From Williopsis jadinii (Eukaryota), in the NCBI GenBank assembly GCA_024346625.1, contig AP024668.1, positions 1-64,000 of the forward strand: a stretch of 64,000 nucleotides of DNA, written 5' to 3'. This document shows, in pieces, positions 19,550-29,586 of the stretch. Below the pieces are notes generated by a model. It was not told where the DNA came from and did not search any database. It saw only the letters and a list, made by a program, of their open reading frames with translations. Each line of letters starts with the position of its first letter. Within the stretch, counting starts at the first letter, position 1. The position numbers and the translations under genes are program-made.

Positions 19550-20793
19550 TGTTGCTTGGCTTTATATCGCCTACTCCATACAATGGTGATCGTCGTCGTA
19601 GCAGATCATCACTCATTTATAGCTCGACTATAAGCGTCTCTCGCAGAAGCCACAACGTGTGTCATCTTCATAGTTTCTTGTTGATTCTCACTATTGTTAT
19701 GGCAGAATAATAATATAGCATAGCATCCACTCATTGTTCCACAATACGCAGTAAGACAATGACCGAGCTTGCTCTATTTCACCAGATGCTGACACTAAAA
19801 TGTCACACTCGACTAGACCTGCCCGAATAGTGCATTTAAGCCTATTTGGTCTGCATATTGATGATCCACAATTCAAGCTTTGACGTATGTATTCCATGTA
19901 TGCTAGGTAGTTACTCAATAACCACAGTGGCTGATAGAAATGACACTACCTAGAAGTGACCTGTATATAACCGTGTAGAGAGGAATACCGTCTTTTGTTT
20001 CATAATATCGAAACTCCCGTATGACCAAACGGCAAGCTCTGATCATCAAGACTTATAGAATGGTGTCTTGGCAAGGTAGGTCTAAGGCAATAGCTTGTTG
20101 GTTTTGCTTCAAGCCACTATTAACGACATATAGTGTGTTTATTTGTCCTGCTTCCATGATTGTTGACTGTCCGTGGCAGATTGAGCCTACAAGTTTGAGG
20201 AATCAGCCTCAACTATGGACATTCTTTGCAGTGTTTCATCCAAAGATAGAAAATGACAACTTTAGTTCCAATTATTGGGACACAATTGTAGACTATACGA
20301 GAAGGGGAGAACTCATATCAACACCGTAGCCAAGTACAACGGCCAGTGGAGCTCACTTGCTGGAAATGATAGGCCAAATAGTTGTCATCAGAATGGTCTT
20401 GGCCACAAGCAGCTAGAACTTCTTAACAACAAAATACCGTGTTCTGCAAGATTTAGTCGATACTTCAACCTGGAATCTACGTCATGCTCGGCATCGGTTA
20501 CCGGTGCGTTTGCATCAATAACCATAGTGCCGTTTTACAGCCATACCAAGGCCAAAGCTCGGGTTTATTGCCGGCTTTGCCACTTAATCTGTCAGTCGCC
20601 TTGTTGCTGCAGAGCTGCGTCGTTCTTCGGTGACCGGGGTGTTGGAACTACAACACTTCGTAGATTTTACTTCAACAGTAATTGATACAATTCTCTAGTC
20701 TTGAACCAAATCCCTGGCCATGATACAACTTCCTAAAAGACCAGACTACTACATATCTGACCAAAATAATTTCAAATCAATTTCTAACTAACT

Positions 20794-22353
20794 TCAAGAC
20801 TTTAATGCATGAACATCCGATGAACTGGCCTCAGTTCCCTCCAGACCCTCTATAAACTCGAGTACCTCCTCTTGGTCCTCGTCCAGGTTCGATTTTGGAC
20901 CGAAATATTTCTTTCTCTTGTATACGTAGAAATATATCAAAGCCAAGATCCATACACCACCATTGAGCACAGCACTATAGTTCATTGTCTCCTTATCAAC
21001 ATGCTTATAATCTGGGAAACTGCACATGATGATGATAAACACCTGGAATGCGATGGAGATCCAATTGATAACTGGACTCCAGAAATCACCAAGGTAGAAT
21101 TTTCCTGGTATGAAGTTTGCATCCTTGACGACAAATCTCAAAATCTGTGGTGTCACCCATGCAACGTAGTTACCGAGAATAGATAAAGAGAACAGCGCGT
21201 TAGCTGCTGTAGATCCAATGAGACAAAGACATCCAATGATGATAGAAACGATGGAGCTGAAGCAAATAGCATTGAATGGTGTATACATCTTGTTGACAAC
21301 CTTGATGATTCTGGAAAATGGTAACCCTTCATCTCTGGCAAAGGCCCACACTTGTCTAGAAATGGCCACGAGAACACTTGAGCCCATAAGGAATTGACCA
21401 ACAGAGATCAAAGCCATGAAAGCAATGGCCCATTTTTTACCCAGGGAATCAAGGAAAATCTGCGCCAAAGGTTGGCCAGTGCTTGAATTCAATAAACGGT
21501 CGACGTCTGGAACCATGCAGGCACAGATAACAATGTTAATGAGGAATCCTAAGATCCAACATACCGTGATAGAACCGATAATACCAACAGGGACCGCTTT
21601 TGATGGATTCTTTGCCTCCTCGGACATGTGAACACAAGAATCAAAGGCACCGATTGTCCAAACAGCAGGCATTAGGCCAAATTGCATGAAAGCCCATCCA
21701 TCAGGCCAATCGCTAAAATTCTCAAAGTCTCCGAATATGTATGAGCCATCATTGAAGCCACCAACGTTTCTCTTTGTTCCAATTGGCAGTGCGATGAAGA
21801 AAAGAACAATGAGGAAGCAATTGACGTATATACTAACACTTTGTAGTCTTGCAACAGCGGCAGATGAGGCACATGTCAAAATAGTCTGTAGAATGATACA
21901 GCCGGCAAAAACACCATAGGTCATTGGATCAGTTACTTCCAGATCAGGGTAAGCCAAGCTCGCACATGAGAGGATCTGACCAGCAAGACCATACGTGATT
22001 GAGCACAACGCACCCACCAGAGCCAAAGAGTTGGTGATACCAATGAAGAAAGACAGAGGGATTTTCATGTTCTTTGGAGCGTAGTGGTAACTCCAGAAGT
22101 ACAAACCACCGGACGTTGGGTAAGAACTCGCAAGCTCACTCATACCTATGCCTATAGCAACAAGGAAGAAGCCCGTAATGAACCAACCCCAGATGAGGGA
22201 CACAGGCCCTCCTGTGAGACCGATAGCTAAGGTACTGGCAATACTTGGAAGAAGCCCCATAATAGAGAAACTGATACCAAACACCTCCAGCGTGGAATAA
22301 TCACGCTTCAACTCTTGCTTATAACCCATCTCTGCAAGAAACTCATCATCCAT
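20794..22353 (-). CDS. APC-family GABA/polyamine permease (Uga4-like), paralog 2
   Basis: Same motifs as paralog 1 (GYKQELKR, PTSGGLY, HMSEEAKNPSK, AFARD). N-terminus unusually short, with out-of-frame upstream ATGs at 22430 and 22477. Confidence 0.9.
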   Translation of the reverse strand: MDDEFLAEMGYKQELKRDYSTLEVFGISFSIMGLLPSIASTLAIGLTGGPVSLIWGWFITGFFLVAIGIGMSELASSYPTSGGLYFWSYHYAPKNMKIPLSFFIGITNSLALVGALCSITYGLAGQILSCASLAYPDLEVTDPMTYGVFAGCIILQTILTCASSAAVARLQSVSIYVNCFLIVLFFIALPIGTKRNVGGFNDGSYIFGDFENFSDWPDGWAFMQFGLMPAVWTIGAFDSCVHMSEEAKNPSKAVPVGIIGSITVCWILGFLINIVICACMVPDVDRLLNSSTGQPLAQIFLDSLGKKWAIAFMALISVGQFLMGSSVLVAISRQVWAFARDEGLPFSRIIKVVNKMYTPFNAICFSSIVSIIIGCLCLIGSTAANALFSLSILGNYVAWVTPQILRFVVKDANFIPGKFYLGDFWSPVINWISIAFQVFIIIMCSFPDYKHVDKETMNYSAVLNGGVWILALIYFYVYKRKKYFGPKSNLDEDQEEVLEFIEGLEGTEASSSDVHALKS

Positions 22354-23167
22354 GTTCGCGGACCCGCCGAGCCCTTCGTTGAGTTGAGCCCTAGCTCCAA
22401 GTTCGTCTCGGTCGCTACAGATTTCGCCATCTTTTCTGGATCTTGTTTTCTTTCACCTCTGTGAGTGATTCTTCCATAAGCACTGGACTCTACTGGAGAA
22501 CAATTGCCATATTTGCCATCTCTTATATCCAGTTCTACAATCAATAGGCGTCTCTATATCTTCTTGTTTGAGTCGAAATGCGCGGGAATATGCACTGGCC
22601 TCCAACTTCCTTTTCGGGATGGCTGAAATCAAATGACAGGTGTTTTACGATTACCTGAGAAACAGTGCCGAAGGCCCAAGGGCCAGTGGAAAAAATACTG
22701 CTGTCACCGACAAGGATAACGGGCATCGATTGGAAGTTGGCAAAAGGAATACGACCGACATGGCCAACTTACTCTGACCAAGAGTCCCAAATAAAGGATA
22801 TATACAGGAGAAAAAAAGGGAAGGAGTACGTTTCAGCGCATATAATGGAGGGGAATCGAAAACATGGACGATCTTATGGAGTAAAAGCCCTCCAGCCATA
22901 CCTGAGCCTACTGGTTATAACTACTCTTCTAAGCCTATTAGCACTGCACCTCAAATTCAGATGGTTATCATAAACTTGACACGAGCCTCTTATAACTTCC
23001 TGCTACGGGCGTGGTTGCTTACACCCTACACCCACACACCCAATTGCAGAGCGCGTTGGTTTATCTTATCAGCTTTAATGCCGTCAGCAGGTAGGCGCAC
23101 GCTTTTTGTGTGGAGATATAATATTCTTTGATGATTCTTCAACCAATTGCTTATATAATGTTTAACT

Positions 23168-25288
23168 TTACTTAATCTTACCAATCGCGGCCAGTTGCGC
23201 TGAATGGATTATCTGTGAACGCTTATCGCCCTTTAGTGCATTAACGTCATCAGACATCTCCTTAAACAGGAACCCGAGCAATGTGTCCCCAGCGCCTGTA
23301 ACGTTTGATACCGTCTGTAGAGGCTCTGGGGAGCTGTAATGCTCGAACAGGACTCCTTCGTGATCCTTGCCTCTAGATCTTAAAGAAAGATCTACGCCGT
23401 CAACTTTGGGTACTTTGACGATATCACTGTGGCGTGAGAACAGATAAACACCATTAATGCCGTCTTTCACCAGTAAACAGTTAAAGTAGGGTAGTAAACT
23501 GCTAGCCATCTGTACAACGCCTTTCGAAACTATCTCTCTATACTGTGGATTCCTCATTGTGGCTGCCTCGACGTTGCTTCTGAAAACACCATCGAGTCCC
23601 AGCCTGTCAATTACCGGGAACCATAGATCGAGATCGAACTTCCCATTCTGTTCAAAAGATTCGTATAAAGAGCATAATTCGGCAACTGTAGGGGTGCACA
23701 GATGGATTGGGTGATCTGGAGAGAGAGAGTCGATGGCCAACCTCGAAGCCTTCGTAGATGACGTTGGTTCAACAACGTATTTGAACCCGTACTTGGTGCT
23801 TAACTTGTTGATGAAGTTGATGAGATCCTTTGAAAGGTTACAATCAGACAAAACAACTTTGGGGGAGGCTTCTCTAATCACGTTTTCGACAAAGTCTGGT
23901 TGGATTTCTTCAATGATCGTCATATCAGCACCACCAATGAAAAGAGAACCATCAGCATCATGGAATGATATATATTGTGCTGTTCTCGAAGGGGAGACCG
24001 CTATCGATGTTGATGGCAAATCAAGGGAATCCATAATCTTTGAACCGTAAGGATCATTACCCACACTGGATACGAATCTCATGGATTCGTTACCTTGCTT
24101 GTACGATTCGAGGGCAACGTTATATCCAACACCACCAATCGAGGTAGCCATTGTGGCAGGGTTTGAATCCTGAAGAACAATGTCGCCTTTCATACAACAG
24201 TACGTGTCGAGAGCAATGGAACCTATCACTAAAGATTTAACCTCCCCCGTTGCCTTTGTAGATTCTAATTGACCAGATTCGTGAAGTGGCTCTGAAACCT
24301 GTTCCTCTACTCGGTTTTCTCCGCTAGTTTTCAATTGGCACAGATGCTTAGCAACAGAAGCGGCAGCTCTAGCATTGTTCAAGACAAATTCAATGTTTGA
24401 CTTGACACTGGCACCTCCTGTTGCGGTTGCAATCTTACTCAAGAGGTATGGTGTCAGTTCTTTACCCTTTATACCGAGTGCATGTGCCTCCCTGTTGGCA
24501 TCCTCTATAATTGAGCTGATATACTTGTCATCGAGCGCAATTTCCTTAGGTGGAGGAATGCAAAGGAGTTGACCAGACTCAAGTCCCATCAATTCTCCCT
24601 GGTAGATGATCTCTGCCGCTTGTCTCAAATCTTGAAAGTTATAGACGGACTTCACACCTGAATCTCTCGTATAGAACCCGGGAATATTTGTGCCTGGTGG
24701 TCCTAAAGTCCCAACAAATACTCCCTTTGTCTCCAAATACTCCATGGTGCGTTCAATATCGAGAATGCTTTTGGGACCAGCACACACAACCGCCACAGGT
24801 GTTCTCCCCAGCTCGTCCAGATCAGCGCTAACGTCCATGGTATTTTCACCATCCCTATGGACACCACCAAGTCCTCCAGTGGCAAACACTTTGATTCCAG
24901 TTTTATGTGCTAGTATCATCGTCCCACTAATTGTTGTTCCACCATTCAATGAATTGGCCATGACATATGGGATATCTCTTCGAGACACCTTCACTGCCAC
25001 ATCTGATCTCGCTAAGAATTCAATTTCAGACTCATCCAAGCCAACTTTAGGAATACCCTTGATGAACGCCATCGTTGCAGGAGTAACACCACTGGACCTC
25101 AGCTCCTTTTCAACCCTCTTCGCCATACTCAAGTTCTCTGGATATGGCAAACCGTGTGTGATAATTGTAGATTCCAGCGCAACAACAGGCCTATTACAAG
25201 CCAGCGCATCCCGCACTTCTTCAGAGACTCTGATAGTTGATAACCATCTTCTAAGGACGCCCTTGGGTCCCATACGCCGGTGAAGCAT
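23168..25288 (-). CDS. Bifunctional pseudouridine-5'-phosphate glycosidase (PsuG/IndA) + PfkB-family pseudouridine kinase
   Basis: PVVALESTIITHGLPYP, KVSRRD, FATGGLGGVHR, DVSADLDEL, KSILD, GKELTPYLL; C-terminal PfkB GGVGYNVA and NVTGAGD; Arg-rich presequence-like N-terminus. Confidence 0.93.
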   Translation of the reverse strand: MLHRRMGPKGVLRRWLSTIRVSEEVRDALACNRPVVALESTIITHGLPYPENLSMAKRVEKELRSSGVTPATMAFIKGIPKVGLDESEIEFLARSDVAVKVSRRDIPYVMANSLNGGTTISGTMILAHKTGIKVFATGGLGGVHRDGENTMDVSADLDELGRTPVAVVCAGPKSILDIERTMEYLETKGVFVGTLGPPGTNIPGFYTRDSGVKSVYNFQDLRQAAEIIYQGELMGLESGQLLCIPPPKEIALDDKYISSIIEDANREAHALGIKGKELTPYLLSKIATATGGASVKSNIEFVLNNARAAASVAKHLCQLKTSGENRVEEQVSEPLHESGQLESTKATGEVKSLVIGSIALDTYCCMKGDIVLQDSNPATMATSIGGVGYNVALESYKQGNESMRFVSSVGNDPYGSKIMDSLDLPSTSIAVSPSRTAQYISFHDADGSLFIGGADMTIIEEIQPDFVENVIREASPKVVLSDCNLSKDLINFINKLSTKYGFKYVVEPTSSTKASRLAIDSLSPDHPIHLCTPTVAELCSLYESFEQNGKFDLDLWFPVIDRLGLDGVFRSNVEAATMRNPQYREIVSKGVVQMASSLLPYFNCLLVKDGINGVYLFSRHSDIVKVPKVDGVDLSLRSRGKDHEGVLFEHYSSPEPLQTVSNVTGAGDTLLGFLFKEMSDDVNALKGDKRSQIIHSAQLAAIGKIK

Positions 25289-25434
25289 TGCAATCTGATG
25301 GTTTGTTTACTCTTTTTTCTTTGCTGCTCAACTTTGGAGTACTGTTTCCTACACTTTGTTTATTTTTGCTTTTGTGTCTCGTTAATTCGCAGTTTTTTTC
25401 AATTCAAACGTATATAAAGAAAACACTACGCTAT

Positions 25435-26845
25435 TTACAACGTCTTCTCTTCCAAAGAGATGCTGTACTCATCCTTCAACACTTTCATGATTGGGTTGTT
25501 GATCTCAGGAGAGTATGGAGCAACCAAACCCTTCTTGACTGGCAATTCGTCCTTCAAGATAAGTTGGGTAGCAACGGCACATGGGGTACCAACCAACTTA
25601 GCCATGGAGGAGTATCCGGAGCCAGTTGGAGCACCAAAGTCAATCAAAGTAGAGGTACGGGTCTCCTCTGAGCCGTCCTTGTTAACGATACCGAACTTGT
25701 GTTGCAACAAGACCAAATCTCTTTCGCCCTTCTCCAATTGCAACATGCTCTCGAACAAAGCACACAATGTGTCCAATGGGTTGCCTCTTGGTGTGGTTTG
25801 CTTATCGGACAAGAGACCAAACCATTTGAAGCCATCGATGATCTTGTCCTTGGCAGCAGCGTCGGCAAAAGTGGTCTTGGACTCGATGGCAGCGATCAAG
25901 TCCTCCTCAGAAGAGGACTTGGCGCCCAAGTACTCCTTCAAGGCCTCGTTCCAGCCAGTTGGCTTGGAGAAGACCTCGGTCTCCTCGTCCTTCAACAATC
26001 CCAAGTCGACGAGAACCTTGATGAACTCTGGGAAACCCTCGAAACGAAGGGTACCACGGATAACAGTTTCAGCCTCTGGGATCTTGTACAAGTCTCTAAA
26101 CACAGTGGAGTCTCTGTTTGGGTAGCACACCAACTCCTTGCCGGTGAATCCATCAATGGTGTATGGGGTGGTGTAACCCATCAATTCTGGACCATCAACG
26201 TCAACTTTCTTACCATCCTTGTAGAAAGTGGCAGAGTTTCTCAAAGCGAGAAGAACACCTCTGGCAGACCAGGAGAACTTGTAACCCAATGGGTTGTTGG
26301 CATCCTCTGGAGCAACCAAACCACCACAGTAGGAGATAAAGGACTTGATTTGACCACCAGCCTCGTGAACCTCAGAGATAGTCTTGACAGCGTACAAGTG
26401 GTCCAAACCTGGATCCAAACCAATCTCGTTGAAGACAAGGATACCAGCCTCGTTGATTTGATCCTCCAACTCCTTCAAAGCTGGGGAGATGTAGGAAGTG
26501 GTGACAACGTTCTTCTTGTGCTTGATAGCAGACTTGACAACTGTTGCGTGGTAGATGTATGGAATCAAAGAGATGACGAGGTCGTGATCAGAGACAGCAG
26601 CGTCCAATTGATCGTCCTTGGAGACATCAACAGAGATAGCAGTAGCCTTCTCACCAGCCAACTCCTTGGCCTTCTCCAGAGTTCTACAAGCAACTGTGAC
26701 TTCAACACCATCGGTGTTGGAGAGAATATCAACGGTTGGCTTAGCAACGAAACCGGAACCCAACAAAAGAACTTTCCTGGTGTGAACAAGCCGTTAGTGA
26801 CCAATTGCGTGGTTATCATATAAAGAAGTGTACTCACTTGACCAT
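25435..26845 (-). CDS. LYS9: Saccharopine dehydrogenase (NADP+, glutamate-forming); exons 26845-26838 and 26776-25435
   Basis: Spliced start MVKKVLLLGSGFVA; intron 26837-26777 (GTGAGT...CACTAAC...CAG); NEIGLDPGLDH, SYCGGL, NPLGYKFSWS, YPNRDS, RGTLR. Confidence 0.96.
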
Positions 26846-27051
26846 TGTGATAAATAAGTGTGGTTTCTGAACCTCTTCAAAAGACTATGAAAAGTGAGGA
26901 ACAAAGAGAAAAGAAGGAAAATGGACAAAGTCGTTTCACCGATCGGTGTTTATCTTCCCAACGGCCCCCTTAACGGGAGATGAAGGCCGAATTTCGCTCA
27001 ATCGGCCTGTTCAGGTCCTTTATTTCCTAATTGAGAAGATCCGGGGAAACA

Positions 27052-27060
27052 TCCACCGGA
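27052..27060. promoter_or_regulatory. Lys14-type site (TCCRNYGGA) upstream of LYS9
   Basis: TCCACCGGA matches the S. cerevisiae Lys14 consensus, ~210 bp upstream of the LYS9 ATG. Confidence 0.5.
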
Positions 27061-27693
27061 AGGGGATTCTGAAGCGCGCACGCCCTCCAAAAATTTTTCA
27101 CTCCAAACAGGTAAACTTAACCACCTTCCAGAGGAAAGTGAAAATAAGGGTTTTTATCACTACACCTGTGCCATTTGAATTGGGTGGCTAATGTCTCCAC
27201 ATGCTCCATGATGAGACGTTTTAGAACTTACAGTGAGCTCAGTTCTTCACGGAATTTGTGTGCTCCTTTTGCTTCTACTCCGTTTCGTTTGGGAGGGATT
27301 CATTCACCACTCTCAAGATTAGACAGCGTTGTAGTAAACAAAGCCCGTAGATTAACATTGATGAGTTTGCAGAGTGCATCTGTCATGTTACACTTTCACG
27401 TGTAATGTCCATATCCCATTGCTTTTGTCTTTTTGAAAACTCATTACATTCGATGCTAAATAGTAATAACCATGCTCCTGTAAACAGACTCTGTGTAGCT
27501 CCACTTAGTGAGGACGCGTACTGCGTAGTGAGTAACGCAACAGGGACCAAATAAAAATCCCAGCGCAGCACAACCAAGCGTGTTTCATTCAGGCAGCTCA
27601 CCAGGAGAAATTTTTCTTGAGACCACTTTACAGGAAGGCACTTAACTTCCAGGGACCTAACCTCCAAGGACACAACTTCCTAGTGCTATAGAC

Positions 27694-29586
27694 ATGGAGA
27701 TTCCATACGCAGAGCCCAAATTTGTGCCCAAGAACTTATCTTGGGATCTTAGGCTTCAAAAGGTTTACCGTTCTTTCAAGAAAACGATTCCCGCGTGGTA
27801 CTTGTTGAGCGTGGTGCTTGCGATATATGTTTACATCAAGGATGCCGCGTCTCCCTTCGTGAACACCAGCACAGGCGATGACTCCATCGTGTTTCAAGAC
27901 ACATATCAGCGTTCAGCTGATGATGGGCACGGGTTGCCATATCTGAAGAAGTCCATGGCTTTGGAGGAGTTCCCCTTTGAAGCCGGCACCTGTGTGTTGC
28001 CAATAGCTCCCTACAAACAGGTTCGAGGCAAACTGGACTTCAGGGCTACCGCCGCAGTGTACCTAGAGGCCATTAGAACACATGTTGAGAAGATAACCTC
28101 TGGCGAAGTCGCTGGATCTCAGCCACCGGTGTTGAACTTCCATTGGAAGGACTTTGTTGATCTGCACATTCTGGACCCTTTACTTGAAGAAAAGCCCAAT
28201 TGCTTTAGAATTGGTGCACTTGGTTCCACGACCAGAATCCCGTGGCAGAAGTGTTTAGACGAACCACAGAACTTGGGGTTTGTCTTTATCAACCCTTCAT
28301 TGGAGCCTGAAACTGAGTTCAGACTGTCAATAAGAGGTAAATCGTACCTCTACACTGCAGCACCATTGCCTAATAAAATGGTGTTTTTAGCAGGTGAACT
28401 TGCCCTAGTTGGAAGGATCGGTAAAAAGTTGGCACTGGACCAAGGATTGATGATTGATGAGTATGTGCGGAGGAAAATCGCTAGAAATCAAGAACTCACT
28501 CAGGATCTCGTTGTCAAGTCACCAATTGATGCTAAGGATGAGATAGATGGGATTGCCAAAGCCTTAAACCGTGGGTTGATTAATTTCGGTGCGAAAAAGA
28601 CTGCTAAGAGATTTCTTGATATGAAAACATTGGATTTACCAACTACCAAAATGAGTGATAAGTTAGATAAAACCAAATTGGCAAGTCATGCACAAGAGAA
28701 TGACGATCGTCATTTCAGAGACGTTGTTATAAAGTCCAAAGATGGGAAATGGGCATCGACAGAGCTTTATGATTGGAGATTTTTCAACAAGAAGCTGAAC
28801 AACCTCAATAAGAGGAAGGCATTGCACGGTGTCGTAGAGAATTATCTACAGCTGTGTAGTAACTTGGGTATCACCACATGGTTATCACCAGATTCATTGA
28901 CCTCTTGGACGTACAATGGTCTCATGGGACCTTGGGAAGATACTGTAAGATTTGAACTGCCTGCAGAGGACTTGAACAGATTAGCCACAGGCTTCAACTA
29001 TTCCTTGGTCATTGGAGACCCAAAAAACACCACTGGTGGTTATTTAATGGATATCTCGCCTTGGTATCTGGAACGAGCCGTTCAACACACTGTGGAAGCA
29101 TCTCCAGATGCTGCTGATGGGAGATTTGTCGATATAAGAACTGGTATTTACATTGAGATCGCCGGTGTGGCACAAGTGCCTGATGTTCCAGAAGAAATAT
29201 TGGAGAAGTACCAAGATAAGGACTTGGATTCTTATGTTTTCACAGGATTTGGTAACCATTGGTACTTGCCAGATCTTTTACCTTTGAACAAAACTCTGTA
29301 TGAAGGTAAACAGGCACTCGTTCCAAAAACATTACCTTCTGATCTTGCACCACCACCTTCTAAGTACGTATACCGTGAACATTTACGTCTGTTTGTTGAT
29401 GAGGCCAAATGCTCCTATGTTCCTGAAGAGGAGAAGGATAAATTCGATCTGACATACATCGGTTGTTGTCATGATAATCTGATCTGGAAGGAGTATAACT
29501 CTACGAAAAATGCAACCCTACAATTCCTGAATGTTAACGGATATCCTATCAATGTCAAAGATGAAGTGTCCATAGTATTTGACTAG
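27694..29586 (+). CDS. Mnn4/LicD-family type II membrane protein (mannosylphosphate-transferase-like, degenerate active site)
   Basis: Single N-terminal TM, FHWKDFVDL, YDWRFF, WL...SL..W.YNG...PW, FNYSLV, MDISPW, DGRFVDIRTGIYIEI, LPL..T.YEG. Confidence 0.8.
   Translation: MEIPYAEPKFVPKNLSWDLRLQKVYRSFKKTIPAWYLLSVVLAIYVYIKDAASPFVNTSTGDDSIVFQDTYQRSADDGHGLPYLKKSMALEEFPFEAGTCVLPIAPYKQVRGKLDFRATAAVYLEAIRTHVEKITSGEVAGSQPPVLNFHWKDFVDLHILDPLLEEKPNCFRIGALGSTTRIPWQKCLDEPQNLGFVFINPSLEPETEFRLSIRGKSYLYTAAPLPNKMVFLAGELALVGRIGKKLALDQGLMIDEYVRRKIARNQELTQDLVVKSPIDAKDEIDGIAKALNRGLINFGAKKTAKRFLDMKTLDLPTTKMSDKLDKTKLASHAQENDDRHFRDVVIKSKDGKWASTELYDWRFFNKKLNNLNKRKALHGVVENYLQLCSNLGITTWLSPDSLTSWTYNGLMGPWEDTVRFELPAEDLNRLATGFNYSLVIGDPKNTTGGYLMDISPWYLERAVQHTVEASPDAADGRFVDIRTGIYIEIAGVAQVPDVPEEILEKYQDKDLDSYVFTGFGNHWYLPDLLPLNKTLYEGKQALVPKTLPSDLAPPPSKYVYREHLRLFVDEAKCSYVPEEEKDKFDLTYIGCCHDNLIWKEYNSTKNATLQFLNVNGYPINVKDEVSIVFD

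Noticed and set aside
19697..20685. Short ORFs between the two permeases
   Set aside because: No recognisable homology; the region is best read as promoter/terminator of the permeases.
25699..26823. 374-aa plus-strand ORF (and 221-aa ORF 25460-26125)
   Set aside because: Antisense shadows of codon-biased LYS9; no recognisable motifs.
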